Below, piece by piece: positions 15,244 to 30,474 of a DNA stretch of 64,000 bases. Under the pieces are notes generated by a model that worked only from the letters and a program-made list of their open reading frames with translations, had not been told where the DNA came from and made no database searches. The stretch is from positions 28,210,001-28,274,000 of the forward strand of contig OZ024761.1 of the NCBI GenBank assembly GCA_964016885.1, in the 5' to 3' direction. The translations under genes and the position numbers were made by a program. This DNA is from Eledone cirrhosa (taxonomy: Eukaryota). Within the stretch, counting starts at the first letter, position 1; the number at the start of each line of letters is the position of its first letter.

Positions 15244-15728
15244 AAATATTAAACAAATAATGAACAAACAATTCCTTATATTAAACAAAAAAAGTTCACT
15301 ATTTAACGATCGTTTCTAGGGCATATATGTGCTATAATTGGTATGCATATTTAACAGATCTATGTACAAAATTATACAAAATTATACAAATTATCAAGAT
15401 TAAATATACATACCTAACTCATATATACGCCGTCTTCAGAAATAATGAAGTATATTTATTGATAATAACAACAATTCAAAATATCAGTTCAAAATTGACC
15501 AATGAAAACACAAAGGGTTAAAAAGCAGTTTGGTGTGTGTATATTTTTTTTGTTTAATATAAGGAATTGTTTGTTCATTATTTGTTTAATATTTTATCTT
15601 GACTCTGTATACCGTTTATCTTTCACCGAAATTGGATTTTCATTACATCTCTTCTTTCCATGATATCCGGAATACATTGAGTTCTTCATACGGATTGGAC
15701 ACTACCGTAAACTCTTGGTAGATTTATC

Positions 15729-15812
<84 letters not shown>

Positions 15813-15857
15813 TATACATATATATACATATATATACATATATATACATATATATAC

Positions 15858-15963
<106 letters not shown>

Positions 15964-16199
15964 GTATATATATATATATGTATACACATATATATATATA
16001 TATGTGTATATATAGTGAGGAAGAGTTGAATATTTATAATTAACACACATATGCACATATTTCCAGCTAAGCATGCACTTGCATACTTATTTAGCTTACA
16101 CAAACACATACACACACATACACACACATGCATTATGCATTGAGACAAACACATACATACACACCACAGCGACATATACATACACTGCAGTGGCACATG

Positions 16200-18800
16200 G
16201 TAGTTAGGAAGGTATAGCTGTAGTGGTAGTTGTGGAGGTAGTAGCGGTGGTGGTAGTTGGGAAGGTAGTAGTGGTGGTGGCAGTTAGGAAGGTAGTAGTG
16301 GTGGTGGCAGTTAGGAAGGTAGTAGTGGTGGTAGTTAGGAAGGTAGTAGTGGTGGTGGTAGTTGTTGAGGTAGTAGAGGAGGTGGTAGTTAGGAAGGTAG
16401 TAGTGGTGGTGGTAGTTGTGGAGGTAGTAGTGTTGGTGGTAGTTAGGAAGGTAGTAGTGGTGGTAGTTGTGGAGGTAGTAGCGGTGGTGGTAGTTGAGAA
16501 GGTAGTAGTGGTGGTGGTAGTTAGGAAGGTAGTAGTGGTGGTAGTTAGGAAGGTAGTAGTGGTGGTGGTAGTTGTTGAGGTAGTAGAGGAGGTGGTAGTT
16601 AGGAAGGTAGTAGTGGTGGTGGTAGTTGTGGAGGTAGTAGTGGTGGTGGTAGTTGGGAAGGTAGTAGTGGTGGTGGTAGTTGTGGAGGTAGTAGTGGAGG
16701 TAGTAGTGGTGGTGGTAGTTGGGAAGGTAGTAGTGGTGGTGGTAGCTGTGGAGGTAGTAGTGCTGGTGGTAGTTGTGGAGGTAGTGGTGGTGGTGGTAGT
16801 TGTGGAGGTAGTAGTGGAGGTAGTAGTGGTGGTGGTAGTTGTGGAGGTAGTAGAGCTGGTGGTAGTTGTGGAGGTAGTAGTGCTGGTGGTAGTTGTGGAG
16901 GTAGTAGCGATGGTGGTAGTTGTGGAGGTAGTAGTGGTGGTAGTTGTGGAGGTAGTAGTGTTGGTGGTAGTTGTGGAGGTAGTAGTTGTGGTGGTAGTTT
17001 GGAAGGTAGTAGCGATGGTGGTAGTTGGGAAGGTAGTAGTGTTGGTGGTAGTTGTGGAGGTAGTAGTTGTGGTGGTAGTTTGGAAGGTAGTAGTGGTGGT
17101 GGTAGTTTGGAAGGTAGTAGTGGTGGTGGTAGTTGTGGAGGTAGTAGTGGTGGTGGTAGTTGGGAAGGTAGTAGTGGTGGTGGTAGTTGGGAAGGTAGTA
17201 GTGGTGGTTGTAGTTGGGAAGGTAGTAGTGGTGGTGGTAGTTGGGAAGGTAGTAGTGGTGGTTGTAGTTGGGAAGGTAGTAGTGGTGGTGGTAGTTGTGG
17301 AGGTATTAGTGGTGAGGGTAGTTGGGAAGGTAGTAGTGGTGGTGGTAGTTGGGAAGGTAGTAGTGGTGGTGGTAGTTGGGAAGGTAGTAGTGGTGGTGGT
17401 AGTTGTAGAGGTAGTCGTGGTGGTGGTAGTTGTTGAGGTAGTAGAGGAGGTGGTAGTTAGGAAGGTAGTAGTGGTGGTGGTAGTTGTTGAGGTAGTAGAG
17501 GAGGTGGTAGTTGGGAAGATAGTAGTGGTGGTGGTAGTTGGGAAGGTAGTAATGGTGGTGGTAGTTGTGGAGGTAGTAGTGGTGGTGGTAGTTGTGGAGG
17601 TGGTAGTGGTGGTATTAGCTGTGGTGGTAGTAGCTGTAGTGGTAGTAGTAGCTGTGGTGATGCGTCAACCAACCAAACATTTCTAGTTGATGCACATGTA
17701 AATGTTACACACATTGCTGAACATGTTCGTTGTGTTGTCTGAATCAAAGACATTGGTGGTGGTGTTGGTGTTTATGGTGGTAGTGGTGGTGGTGGTGTGG
17801 TGATGGTGGTGGTAGAGGTGATAGCAGTATTGGTGGTGGTGTTTATGGTGGTAATAGTGGTATTGCTGGTGGTAGAGGTGGAGTTTATGGTGATGATGGT
17901 TGTGATGGAGATGATGGTGATAGTAGGGATGTGGTGATATTTATAGTGATGATGGTTGTGGTGGTGGTAGAGGTGGAGTTTATGGTGATGATGGTTGTGA
18001 TGGAGATGAGAGTGATAGTAGCGATCTGGTGGTGTTTATGGTGATGATGGTTGTGGTGGACATGATAGTGATGGTGGTGATTTGGTGGTATATATGGTGA
18101 TGATGGTTGTGGCGGTGGTAGAGGTGGAGTTCATGGTGATGATGGTTGTGATGGAGATGATAGTAATAGTAGCGATCTGGTGGTGTTTATGGTGATGATG
18201 GTTGTGATGGAGATGATGGTGATAGTAGTTCATGTGGTAGTGTTTATGGTGATGATGGTTGTGGTGGACATGATAGTGATAGTGGTGATGTGGTGGTATT
18301 TATGATGATGATGGTTGTGGTGGTGGTAGAGGTGGAGTTTATGGTGATAATGGTTGTGATGGTGATGATGCTGATAGTAGTGATGTTGTGGTGTTTATGG
18401 TGATGATGGTTGTGGTGAACATGATAGTGATAGTGGTGATGTGGTGGTATTTATGGTGATGATGGTTGTGGCGGTGGTAGAGGTGGAGTTCATGGTGATG
18501 ATGGTTGTGATGGAGATGATAGTAATAGTAGCGATCTGGTGGTGTTTATGGTGATGATGGTTGTGATGGAGATGATGGTGATAGTAGCGATGTGGTGGTG
18601 TTTATGGTGATGATGGTTGTGGTGGACATGATAATGATAGTGGTGATGTGGTGGTATTTATGGTGATGATGGTTGTGGTGGTGGTAGAGGTGGAGTTGAT
18701 GGTGATGATGGTTATGATGGAGATGATGGTGATGGTGGTGATGGTGGTGATGCGGTGGAGATGGTTATCATGGAGGTGGTGGTTGAGATGGTTGTGGTGA
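16200..18800. repeat. GGT/GTA/GAT triplet-derived minisatellite arrays
   Basis: ~27 bp unit ggtagtagtggtggtggtagttgtgga up to 17660, then higher-order GAT/GGT units. Confidence 0.9.
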
Positions 18801-18954
18801 TAGTGGCGGTCATACACTGCGCTTACACTGAATCTCCCTGAGAATAATACTATGGGCACACACACACACAAACAAACACATATACATATGTTCATGGAAG
18901 AAAATCTCAACAATGTACAGGATAATTTAACAAGTAAAGCCACTGCAATACCAG

Positions 18955-19565
18955 GTTGGACCAGGGGAACAGCAAAAGGACAGATGGCATGATAATCTTC
19001 TCATTCCATGGGGTTAGGCCCTCATCTAGGATGCTACATGCTGTGACACCCTCTCTGGCAGCAACCTAATGCATTCAGCTACTAGGCCAGGCTTTGCTGC
19101 CCACCAATCCAAAGAGGGCAACTGTCCAAGTATCAGCTGCTCTCTGATAGGTTTGTGGTAGTCTGTAACAGTGAAGACTTCCAGCATTCTTGGGCCCCAG
19201 ACCACATTCCCATTCTGTGAAGGTAGGCTCCTCTCATCTGGGATGCTACATACTGTGACACCTTCTTTGGCAGCAACTTGCTGTATTTGTGTGTGTGTGC
19301 CAGCCCAAGCTTCACTGCTTGCCAGGCCAAAGAGGGAAAACTGTCCAAATATCAGCCACACTCTGATAGATTTGTTGCAGAGCCGGCAGCAGTAGAGACA
19401 TCTGGCATTCTTGGCCCCCGGACCACACCCCTGCTCACTGCTATCGGAGCAGAATTGGCTGCCCGCTGACTGGGGTGAGCCCCATGACGTGAAGTGACTG
19501 TAGAAGCATGTCTCCCTGTACCATCCTCTGGGGCAATGTATTCTCCATCCTGTCGGCCAGGTTCA
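18955..19565 (+). mobile_element. Degenerate CRE-like non-LTR retrotransposon 3' end (restriction-like endonuclease region), internally duplicated
   Basis: Conceptual translation gives KRTDG..DATCCDT..KLSKY..DRF..EPAAVETSGILGP..IG, resembling the RPDG/WD..DT/AVET.G motifs. The segment occurs twice (~19005-19206 and 19207-19428). Confidence 0.6.
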
Positions 19566-20405
19566 AGAGGTGGAGCGTAAGATAGTTGAAAGTAGAGGAT
19601 ACTCATTCGGATATCACACACATGCAAACATATATGCAGGAATATCTCTCTTTTATTTCAATCACTATACTTAAATGGTATGGTATGGCCATGTAACTCC
19701 TGATAGAGTCATAGGGACACCGTATAGACGTACAGCGTTTCTTGGACATTTTAAGTCTGGTGGAGTCCATCACTCTCCAGGCCTGAGTACAGCAGATTTC
19801 TTACAGAGAGAGGAAGAATCGACCCCAGTACTAAGCTGGTACTTTTTTTTATCGACCTTGAAATGATGAAATGCAAAGTTGACCTCGGTGGGATTTGAAC
19901 TCAGAGAGCAGAGATCCGGAATGAATACCATAAAACATTCTATCCGACGTTCTAATGACTCAGCCAATTCTCCGCCTATTATATTTAAATAGACAACATC
20001 AAAACCCGACAGAGATCCATTTTATTTTGTGTTATTGTTTTTTTATTCAGATTTGTTTAATGGTCCAGATAAGACATTTTAAATATTTCAACATATATAA
20101 GCAGATGTGTTGAAGCCTAAGTCCAAACCATCCTCCATAAATATTTCTTTGCTAAGCCATGTCATTGTACTGTATTAAATATTAAATAGAGCTTTCACAC
20201 GTTACTTAATTGACACCAGCCTTCTTCATGATAAATCTACATCTCTTATTGAAATGAATTTTAAAGATCAACTTACATGTTCCTCATAGATACAATACGG
20301 GTACAATATATATTAAACCTTAAAAGAATATCATCATCATTTAACGTCCATTTTCCAGGCTAGCATGGGCAGGACATACACAGCATATATATATATATAT
20401 ATATA

Positions 20406-20627
20406 TAGGAAAATGTTCAAGACCCCGGCGGCAGAGGTCAAGCCGTTTCGATGGCTATTTCTGGACTAAATTTCTGGACTGAATTTTGTCCAGAAATAGC
20501 TGTCGAAACGGCTTGAGCCCTGGTGTCGGGGTCTTGAACATTTTCCTATTACCCACTTTACTACCCTAAGTATTGAGTACTCCGTTGCGTTATGGGCCAT
20601 CTGGTTCCTTACCACACTTCCTTCGTT
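20406..20627 (+). mobile_element. Fold-back mini-element; family also at 3119-3247, 36492-36667, 39613-39662 and 57777-57963
   Basis: Arms 20406-20466/20488-20548 and an ~80 nt tail; the family carries a hammerhead 3' half (GAAACGGC..GCCGTC-gggg). Confidence 0.7.
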
Positions 20628-20881
20628 ATATATATATTGTTACACTTGGGGAGGGTCATATTGTTATAATATTGCCCGAAATAATCACAGAACACACTCA
20701 CTGTTTGGTTTGGGTTGGATTTTGCTTCTGTGAGAAAAATCAACCAGCAACGAAAACTAACCCAAACTAAACAGTGAGTGTGTTCTGTTATTATTTCTGG
20801 CAATATTATAACAATATGACCCTCCCCAAGTATAACAATATTTGTTTTGACCCATGATTTCATATCAAAAACCTTGCAAAA

Positions 20882-20940
<59 letters not shown>

Positions 20941-21639
20941 CCATTGAAAGGGGTCTGACGACGAGCTGCAGATTACAGAGTTGGGATAGATCGATACAGA
21001 TCGAATCTTGAGCTGATCAGTGGCAAAACGCGCGTCACCAACCAGTAAACATAATGAAGGAATAACCAATCTTCCTTGTTATATTATTTCACTATATATA
21101 TATATATATATATATATAGTTCAAAATATTAACAAATGAAAAATATTCTCATTATCAAAATATATACTTTATTATATATATTCAGAGGTACTGTGTTGTT
21201 TTTTTAGTACGTCCTCATCAGACAAAATATATGAATTGATATATGACATACCGCTACGTCTTTATTATTCAATTCCAGTATATATATGTTAGGTATTAAT
21301 TTAACAATGAAAATAAAAACAACAAAATCAAGCTATTTTACCTATTCATATCATTGTTTTATGATTATTTTGGAGGGTTGATTATATTGACATATTGTCT
21401 GATCTATAGCAGTTATATAACTGTATACTATCAGACCTCATATATAGGTTCAATCAGGCCGTCTTCTTCGATAACAATATATATATATATGTATGTATGT
21501 GTATGTATATATGTAAATGAGGTTGGTGTTAGGAAGGGCATCCAGCTGTAAAAATCAATCTAGAATCAGTTCCTGTCCCACCCTTGCAAGCAGGGAAAAG
21601 CGGACGTAATATGAAATGATGATGATGATGATGATATAT

Positions 21640-22835
<1,196 letters not shown>

Positions 22836-22838
<3 letters not shown>

Positions 22839-23030
22839 AGTAGTTCCACAACAGTTAATTCACCATTTCCGAGAACAAATTGTTTCACCTTAGAGGGAAG
22901 GGTGAAACAAATTGTTCTCGGAAATGGTGAATTAACTGTTGTGGAACTACTTCTACCAAACTCGTCCCATGTACTGAAAGCTCTACTACTATGGATATAA
23001 CCCTCCAGTGTTCTACTGGATATGCTATCC
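22836..23030 (+). mobile_element. Fold-back mini-element between (GA)n and (TA)n
   Basis: Arms 22836-22889/22901-22954, tail to 23030, and GAAACAAATTGTT next to the loop. Confidence 0.65.
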
Positions 23031-23044
23031 ATATATATATATAT

Positions 23045-23092
<48 letters not shown>

Positions 23093-23930
23093 TATTTCCA
23101 ACTTCACCTCCCTCTCTCTCTCTATACATATATCTTGCTCTATATCTGTCTCTATATATATATATATGTCTTGCTTGTTTCCTTGAGCAAGACACTTTAT
23201 TTCACATTGTTCCAGTTTACTCAGCTGTAGAAATGAGATGATAGGGACTGGGGTCCATATCATTCCACTGCAAAGTGGTCGTGGAGATGCCACGGCAAAA
23301 AAGCACCCAGCACTCACTGTAAATGAGGTTGGTGTTAGGAAGGGCATCCAGCTGTAGAAATCAAGCCAGAATCAGTTCCCGTCCCACCCTTGTGAGCAGG
23401 GTAAAGCGGATGTAAAAATGATGAAAAAAAAAAATATATATATATATATATATCCATATGTGGTTGATGGTCGAGAGAAAAGAGTACCCGATACCAAAGT
23501 ATAAAGTATAAAATAATCATTTTATTAAGACGAAATATTGAGTTTTGTTACTCTGGAGTTTCGCCTATTTAGCAAATGAAACAGTACATATATGAATTAA
23601 ATAAATACATATATACACGCTCACATATATTGGCTCCTGGGTGGCTGGTGGCCATATTCTACCTGAACAAACTACAGCAAAGGTGTAGTAGTTTTGTATA
23701 CTGTAGTACAGTACAGTGTGTATATATATATATATATATATATTATACATTATACAGTATAGTGTGTATTATATATATATATATATTATACATATTTTAT
23801 ACATTATACAGTATAGTGTGTATTATATATATATATATATATTATACATCATATAGTATATTGTGTATTATATATATATATATACATTATACAGTATATT
23901 GTGTATTATATATATATATATACAGTATAT

Positions 23931-24875
23931 ATGACATCAAGCTGTACCTTGAGATAAAAAGGACAGATACTGAACACTATAGATCTTGCTTGCAGTCTGA
24001 CCTGGACACAATGCAACAATGGATCTCAGACTGGCAACTCAAGCTAGCTGTGGACAAGTGCACCACCATGCATTTTGGGAGTAAAAACCCAGCATCCACA
24101 TACTCCCTCCACAACACTAATATCAAGAAGTCTTCTTGTGAACGTGACCTGGGCATTACGGTCAGCAGCGATTTACGTTGGACGAAGCATGTCTCTAAAA
24201 TTGTCAAGAGGGCCGATGGTGTCTTAGCATCACTCAGCAAGACCTTTGTCAGCCGCTCTCCAGCTATCTATTTAAGGCTGTACATGGCTATGGTGCGGCC
24301 CCACTTAGAATTTGCATCACCAGTCTGGAACCCCTATCTTGCTCAGAACATTGACCGCCTGGAAACTATTCAGAGACATGCAACCAAGCGAATACCCTCC
24401 ATCAGGCATCTACCATACTCTGAGCGCCTTGCTTCCCTGGGCATGGATACATTGAAGCTCCGACGCCTGGCAACTGACTTGGTAAACACCCACAAAATTG
24501 TTAACCATTTTGCCAACAACAACCCTGAGTACCATTTTGATTTCCATGTGTCTAACACACGTGGACATGCCCACAAAGTCAGAAAACAGCACAGTTCCCA
24601 TGACTTTCGGAAACATTTTTTCACGCTCAGAGTTGCTGAAGCATGGAACAAACTACCTGCATCAGTTGTTAGCTGTCGAGACATTGCATCCTTTAAGGCC
24701 TCGATGCTTCCCGAGATCCGCCAACATTACAGCTAATGTTCCCCTCCATACACATACACACATGTATACCATGACTCATACACTATTCACTTCCCTGACA
24801 TTTGTGTATTATTCTATGTACTGTACATACACCTTTGACGAGTTGTAGTGCACCTGAGCACTTTACACAATAATT

Positions 24876-24900
<25 letters not shown>
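23931..24900 (+). mobile_element. 5'-truncated CR1-type LINE
   Basis: Open frame DIKLY..LQSDLD..W..DWQL..ERDLG..LY..VRPHLEFASPVWNP..LETIQR..NTRGH..FF..RV..WNKLP to 24736, then a 3' UTR and (ATT)n tail. Confidence 0.9.
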
Positions 24901-24907
<7 letters not shown>

Positions 24908-24908
24908 T

Positions 24909-25175
24909 GAAGGTGCATGGCTTAGTGGTTAAAGCATTGGGCTTGCAATCGAAAGGCTGTGAGTTCAATTCTTGGACCGGGTGATGTGTTGCTTCCTTGA
25001 GCAAGACACTTTATTTCACGTTGTTCCAGTTTACTCACCTGTAGAAATGAGTACTGGCCTGCCCACCCAGCCAGTGGGATGGCGTTATCTTATGGCTAAA
25101 ACAGCACAACGTGCTGTGACAAGCGGCACCGATTGGCGCCCTACAGACTGGTCGGTCAAGGTGATCAAGGTGATA
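24909..25175 (+). mobile_element. SINE with the family-B head and centre but a different 3' tail
   Basis: Matches 5999-6141 up to gtagaaatgag, then diverges completely. Confidence 0.75.
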
Positions 25176-25883
25176 TATATATATTATACATTATACAGTA
25201 TATTGTGTATTATATATATATACTAGTGTCGCCATCAACTGCACTAATTAATTTGTATAATCCATTGGGCTACATCTTATAGCTGCCTATGGTCGTTCAA
25301 TAAGTAAATATAGTCACGTCTCACTAAATGTTTTCTCTTGTATCAATGGCCGCTAGTAGTAACAATGGCATGTGATGGTGGTGGTGGTGGTGGTGGTGGT
25401 GGTGGTGGTAATGGTGGTGTTGTTGTTGGTGGTAGTGGTTGCGTTGTTGTTGGTGGTAGTGGTTGTGGTTATGGTGGTGGTAGTAGTGGTTCTGTTGGTG
25501 GCGGTAGTAGTGGTGTTGTTATTGTTGGTGGTGGTGGTGGTACTGCTGAAGTTGGTAGTGGTGGTGTTGGTGGCAGTAGTAGTGGTATTGTTGTTGGTGG
25601 TGGTAGTGGTATTGCCACCATATAGTTTTGCCGGTGGCTTTTATGATTTGAAGAACCCTGAGGTTCTTTCCACATTTGATGTATTATGTGTGTGTGTGGG
25701 GGGGGGGGGGGGTTCCGGTAGAGTGGTAAGGCTAGTGGTAACTCTAGTGGAGTGTTAAGTCTAGTGGTAACTCTAGTGGAGTGGTAAGTCTAGTGGTAAC
25801 TCTAGTGGAGTGGAAGAGGTTAACAGGAAGAAAAAAAACGCGGCTTAGAACAATTTCCAAGTCTTGTGGGTTTTTGAGGTTTT

Positions 25884-26108
25884 TGTTGTGATTAGACTAT
25901 AGAACAGGGTTGGAATTGCCTAAGACTATGATAGAGTATCAGTAATTTACTGACATTTGTTGTGATTAGACTATAGAACAGGGATGGAATTGCCTAAGTC
26001 TATGATAGAGTATCAGTAATTTACTGACATTTGTTGTGATTAGACTATAGAACAGGGATGGAATTGCCTAAGACTATGATAGAGTATCAGTAATTTACTG
26101 ACATTTGT
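25884..26108. repeat. 72 bp tandem repeat, three copies
   Basis: ttgttgtgattagactatagaacaggg...ttactgacat occurs three times; a 30 bp x3 repeat lies at 25731-25812. Confidence 0.9.
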
Positions 26109-26394
26109 TCAATAGATCAATCAATACCAATGTTTGATCTTCAATTTAAATTCCCAATACAAATCATCAAATTAATTTGAATTGACTTAATCTATGTTCT
26201 GTTCTCCATCACCACCCAGCACACACTCCTGCCTAATTGTGTTTCCTTAACAAATGTTGTTGTTTTTTTGTTGTTGGTTGTTGTTGTTTTTTTTGTTTTG
26301 TTTTGGCCCCATTTGAGATTCAAAATTACACCAAGTTTAACCAACCAGGGATTTCTGTTTGAAGAATTCTACTTCTGTTTCTCCTCTCAATGTG

Positions 26395-28850
26395 AGAGGT
26401 GGGGGCTGCTGGTAAGTTGGGGTTTACGGCAGGTGGGGGCTGGTGGTAAGTGGGGTGGGTGGGCTGACGAGAGGTTGGGGGGACTTGCGGGAGTGGGTGT
26501 GGGTGGAAAGTTGGGACTTGTGGGAGGTGAAGGCTGGTGGTAAGTTGGGGTTTGTGGAGTTGGGGGCTGGTGGTATGTTGGGACTTGTGGGAGTTGGGGG
26601 CTGGTGGTAAGTTGGGACTTGTGGGAGTTGGGGGCTGGTGGTAAGTTGGGGCTTGCTGGAGGTGGGTGTGGGTGGTAAGTAGGGTGGGTGGGCTGAGAGG
26701 TTGGGGGACTTGCGGGAGTGGGTGTGGTTGGTAAGTTGGGGCTTGTGGGAGGTGGGGGCTGGTGGTAAGTTGGGGCTTGTGGGAGGTGGGGGCTGGTGGT
26801 AAGTTGGGACTTGTGGGAGTTGGGGGCTGGTGGTAAGTTGGGGTTTGTGGGAGGTGGGAGCTGGTGGTATGCGGGGAGGGGTTAGATGTGGGTGTGTGGG
26901 TGTGTGTGGGGGGTGGGGGGTGGGGGGTGATTAAAGTGTTCAAACTTGTGTTTATTGAGTTGAAGCAACACTTAAAGTTGTGTCTGCTGGATCAGAGGTG
27001 AAAGGTGATAATGGGGATAACTAGCTGGAGGGAGGTTTGGACTAATCAAATGTTTTGAAATGCCATAAGGTATACAGGAAGTGGTGGAGGTATGTGGCAT
27101 AAGGTATGGAGTATATATCTGTAGTAGGTGTATATAGTATATATATATCTGTAGTAGGTGTATGTAGTATAAGCTGTATATATATAGTATATGGTGTATA
27201 TATATATAGTAGATGTATATAGTATATGATATATATATATAGTAGTTGTATATAGTATATGATATATATAGTAGATGTATATAGTATATGATATATATAT
27301 ATATATAGTAGATGTATATATATATATAGTAGTTGTATATAGTATATGATATATATAGTAGATGTATATAGTATATGATATATATATATATATAGTAGAT
27401 GTATATAGTATATGATATATATATATATATATATAGTAGTTGTATATAGTATATGATATATATATATATAGTAGATATATATAGTATATGATATATATAT
27501 ATATAGATGTATATAGTATATGATATATATATATGTAGTAGATGTATATAGTATAAGATATATATATATAGTAGATGTATATAGTATATGATATATATAT
27601 ATAGTAGATGTATATAGTATATGATATATATATATATAGTAGATATATATAGTAGATGTATATAGTATAAGATATATATATATGTAGTAGGTGATGTCAA
27701 TTAGTTTCAATCACATCCTTAACTATTTCTGATGGTTTTAAGGGGCCAAGTATGCAATACAAGAGACAGCTAGCATAGACCTTGACGGGGGGGGGGGGGG
27801 GGGGGTTAACCAGTTAAATGTGGTGGTGGTGGTGGTTTCGGGACAGAACGACTGGTGGCTGTGGTGGTGTCCGGGACAGGAAAATGATTTGTGGCGATGG
27901 ATGGTGGCAACAGTGGTGGCGTGATGGTAGTGGTGGTGGTGGTGGTGGTGTTAATGGTGATGGTGGTGAAGGTGGTGGTAGTGGTAATGGTGGAGGCAAT
28001 GGTGGTGGTGATGGTGGTGGTGGTGGTGATGGTCGAGGCAATGATGGTGGTGATGGTGGTGGTGGTGGTGGTGTTAATGGTGGTGTTGGGGGTAATGGTG
28101 GAGGCAGTGATGGTGGTGGTGTTAATGGTGGTGGTGGTAATGGTGGTGGTGATGGTGGTGGTGGTGGTAATGGTGGAGGCAATGATGGTGGTGATGATGG
28201 TGGTGGTGATGGTGATGGTGGGGGTAATGGTGGTGTTGGGGGTAATGGTGGTGTTGTGGTGGTAATGGTGGTGTCAGTGATGTTGGTGATGGTGGTAATG
28301 GTGGAGGCAATGATGGTGGTGGTGGTGGTGGTGGTGGTGGCGGTAATGCTGGTGGTTGTGGTTGTGGTGGTAATGGTGGTCGCAGTGATGGTGGTGATGG
28401 AGGTGTTGGTGATGTCGGGTGACCGGAGAATGATTGATGGTGATGATGGTGGTAATGGTGGTGGCGGTGATGGTGGTGGTGGTGGTGTTGGTGACCGGAG
28501 AATGATTGATGGTGATGGTGGTTGTAATGGTGGTGGCGGTGATGGTGGTGGTGGTGGTGTTGGTGACCGGAGAATGATTGATGGTGATGGTGGTGGTAAT
28601 GGTGGTGGCGGTGATGGTGGTGGTGGCGGTGATGGTGACCGGAGAATGATTGGTGGTGATGGTGGTGGTAATGGTGGTGGTGGTGTTGGTGACCGGAGAA
28701 TGATTGGTGGTGATGGTGGTGGTAATGGTGGTGGCGGTGATGGTGGTGGCGGTAATGGTGTTGATGGTAATGGTGATGGTGATAATGGCGGCGGTGGTGA
28801 TGGTTGTGGTGTGACAGGAGCATGAGTGGCTGTGATGGTGATGGTGGTGA
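26395..28850. repeat. G-rich minisatellite (26395-26930), TA/GTA minisatellite (27110-27690) and GGT-rich array (27890-28850)
   Basis: Visible tandem units such as gggggctggtggtaagttggg and ggtgaccggagaatgattg. Confidence 0.85.
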
Positions 28851-30474
28851 TGGAAGTATTGGCTCAGTAGAATCATTAGTATTTGTGTCCAATAAAGCAG
28901 TGAATCCCGTGATGTGTACCTAACTAATGGCTGAAAAATTACAAACCAGTTGAGCTGTTGTTCAAATATTTGCTTGAAACCCTCTGTAAAAGATGGATTT
29001 CCGTTTTTACTAAACACCATCTCGTTTTCACATGGAAGTCTCTGACATTTTAGTATTTAGTCTTCAGCCTGTGTGTGGCGACATTGGACTAGTTTGGAGT
29101 TAAGGAGTTGTTTAGCCCTAGGTCAATAATCAATTGAGAAAGGCCTTTTATTTTTCTCAAAGATATTCCAGCCTTGGAATATGTTTGAGGTAAAGATTTC
29201 AAAATCAAAACTTAAGTTCAATTTAACCCTTTAGCATTTACATTACTCTATATATATACTATTGTATTTTCACAGTTAACACTTTATTTCACATAATTAT
29301 TTAGCAAAATATCAAATCTATGAGATTTTTATATTATTTATTTTGAGAACAATAACTTAACATAAGTATGAGCAGCTGGTTAAGGCCGGTTTGAACAGAA
29401 AGAGGTGAAAAAACGTTTCGTACACTAGTCCATTAGAATATAGAATGAGATAGAGAAGAGAGGGTGTTTGAGAAAGAGAAGAATATAAAACAAAGATAGA
29501 TGAGAGTAAGAAAAGAAAATACACAAGTTAAAACGGTAGATAGGCAAGAAAGAAAGTGTTGTCGAAAGTCAGTGCATACGCACGTGTGTGTGTGTATATG
29601 TGTGTGTATGTGTCTGCATGTGTGTGTATCTATATATATACTTGAGTATGGTGCGATCTCCAATAGGATGTGTCTTTCTCTCCAAGTACAGCCATGGTTA
29701 TTCATACTTTTTCATAAAAAAAGCAACATCAAAATCAATGTAAATTTTAAAACCTGTAAAACTCATCAGACATAGAATCTAAACCACAAACATTAAAACT
29801 GGCATGGTTCCTGAATTTTCTCTTTGTTCTTTCATTGCATATTCTAATGTTGCTCTTGACGACACTAAATTTCTTAAAGGCTGCACAGTTATTGCTCTTT
29901 TCAGCAAATTCTATGGCTTTAAATTTTAACTTCCCACTGTGTAAGCAATATGTCTTTTTTTTTTTTTTTTATACATATCCACGATTTTAAACCATTTTAA
30001 TGGTTTCTAATTTAGGCATATGACCAACAAGTTTGGGGAGGGAGACGGGGGAAATCTGTTATATCAACCCCAGTTTTTATTGGTACTTTGTTTTATCAAC
30101 CCCTGAATGATTAAAGGTAAAGTTTACCTTGGTGAGAGTTGAACTCAGTCATGGATCTTTATTTTCAAATTTCAAATCCTGCTGAGATCAACTTTGACTT
30201 TTATCATTCCAGGGTCGATAAAATAAAGTACCAGTTCAGTCCCTGTGGTCGATTCTTCCTCTATATCTCTTTCTCACATCCTCTCCTCTATCACACACAC
30301 ACACTCTTTCTCTCTTACCCTGGAAGAAATCAGCTGCGTTTAGACCTAGAGAGGAGATGGGCTACGCCAAGTTTAAAAACGCCCCAAACAAGCCACCGGA
30401 TTTCACTATGACTCACCACCCAACCAAAAATAAATACAACATACATACAAATATGTATTCATAGATACATATAT

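Noticed and set aside
16223-17686. 487 aa Val-rich ORF and overlapping Gly/Ser ORF
   Set aside because: Triplet-based minisatellite with no splice signals or unique coding sequence identified.
25884-26108. Regular repeat array resembling CRISPR
   Set aside because: Whole units repeat without unique spacers, the context is eukaryotic, and there are no cas genes.
27818-28825. Gly-rich ORF with GDRRMI repeats
   Set aside because: Explained by a GGT minisatellite that is open in several frames on both strands.
28918-29045. Possible minus-strand exon (MVFSKNGNPSF...)
   Set aside because: No convincing acceptor and no homology; a stop lies just upstream.
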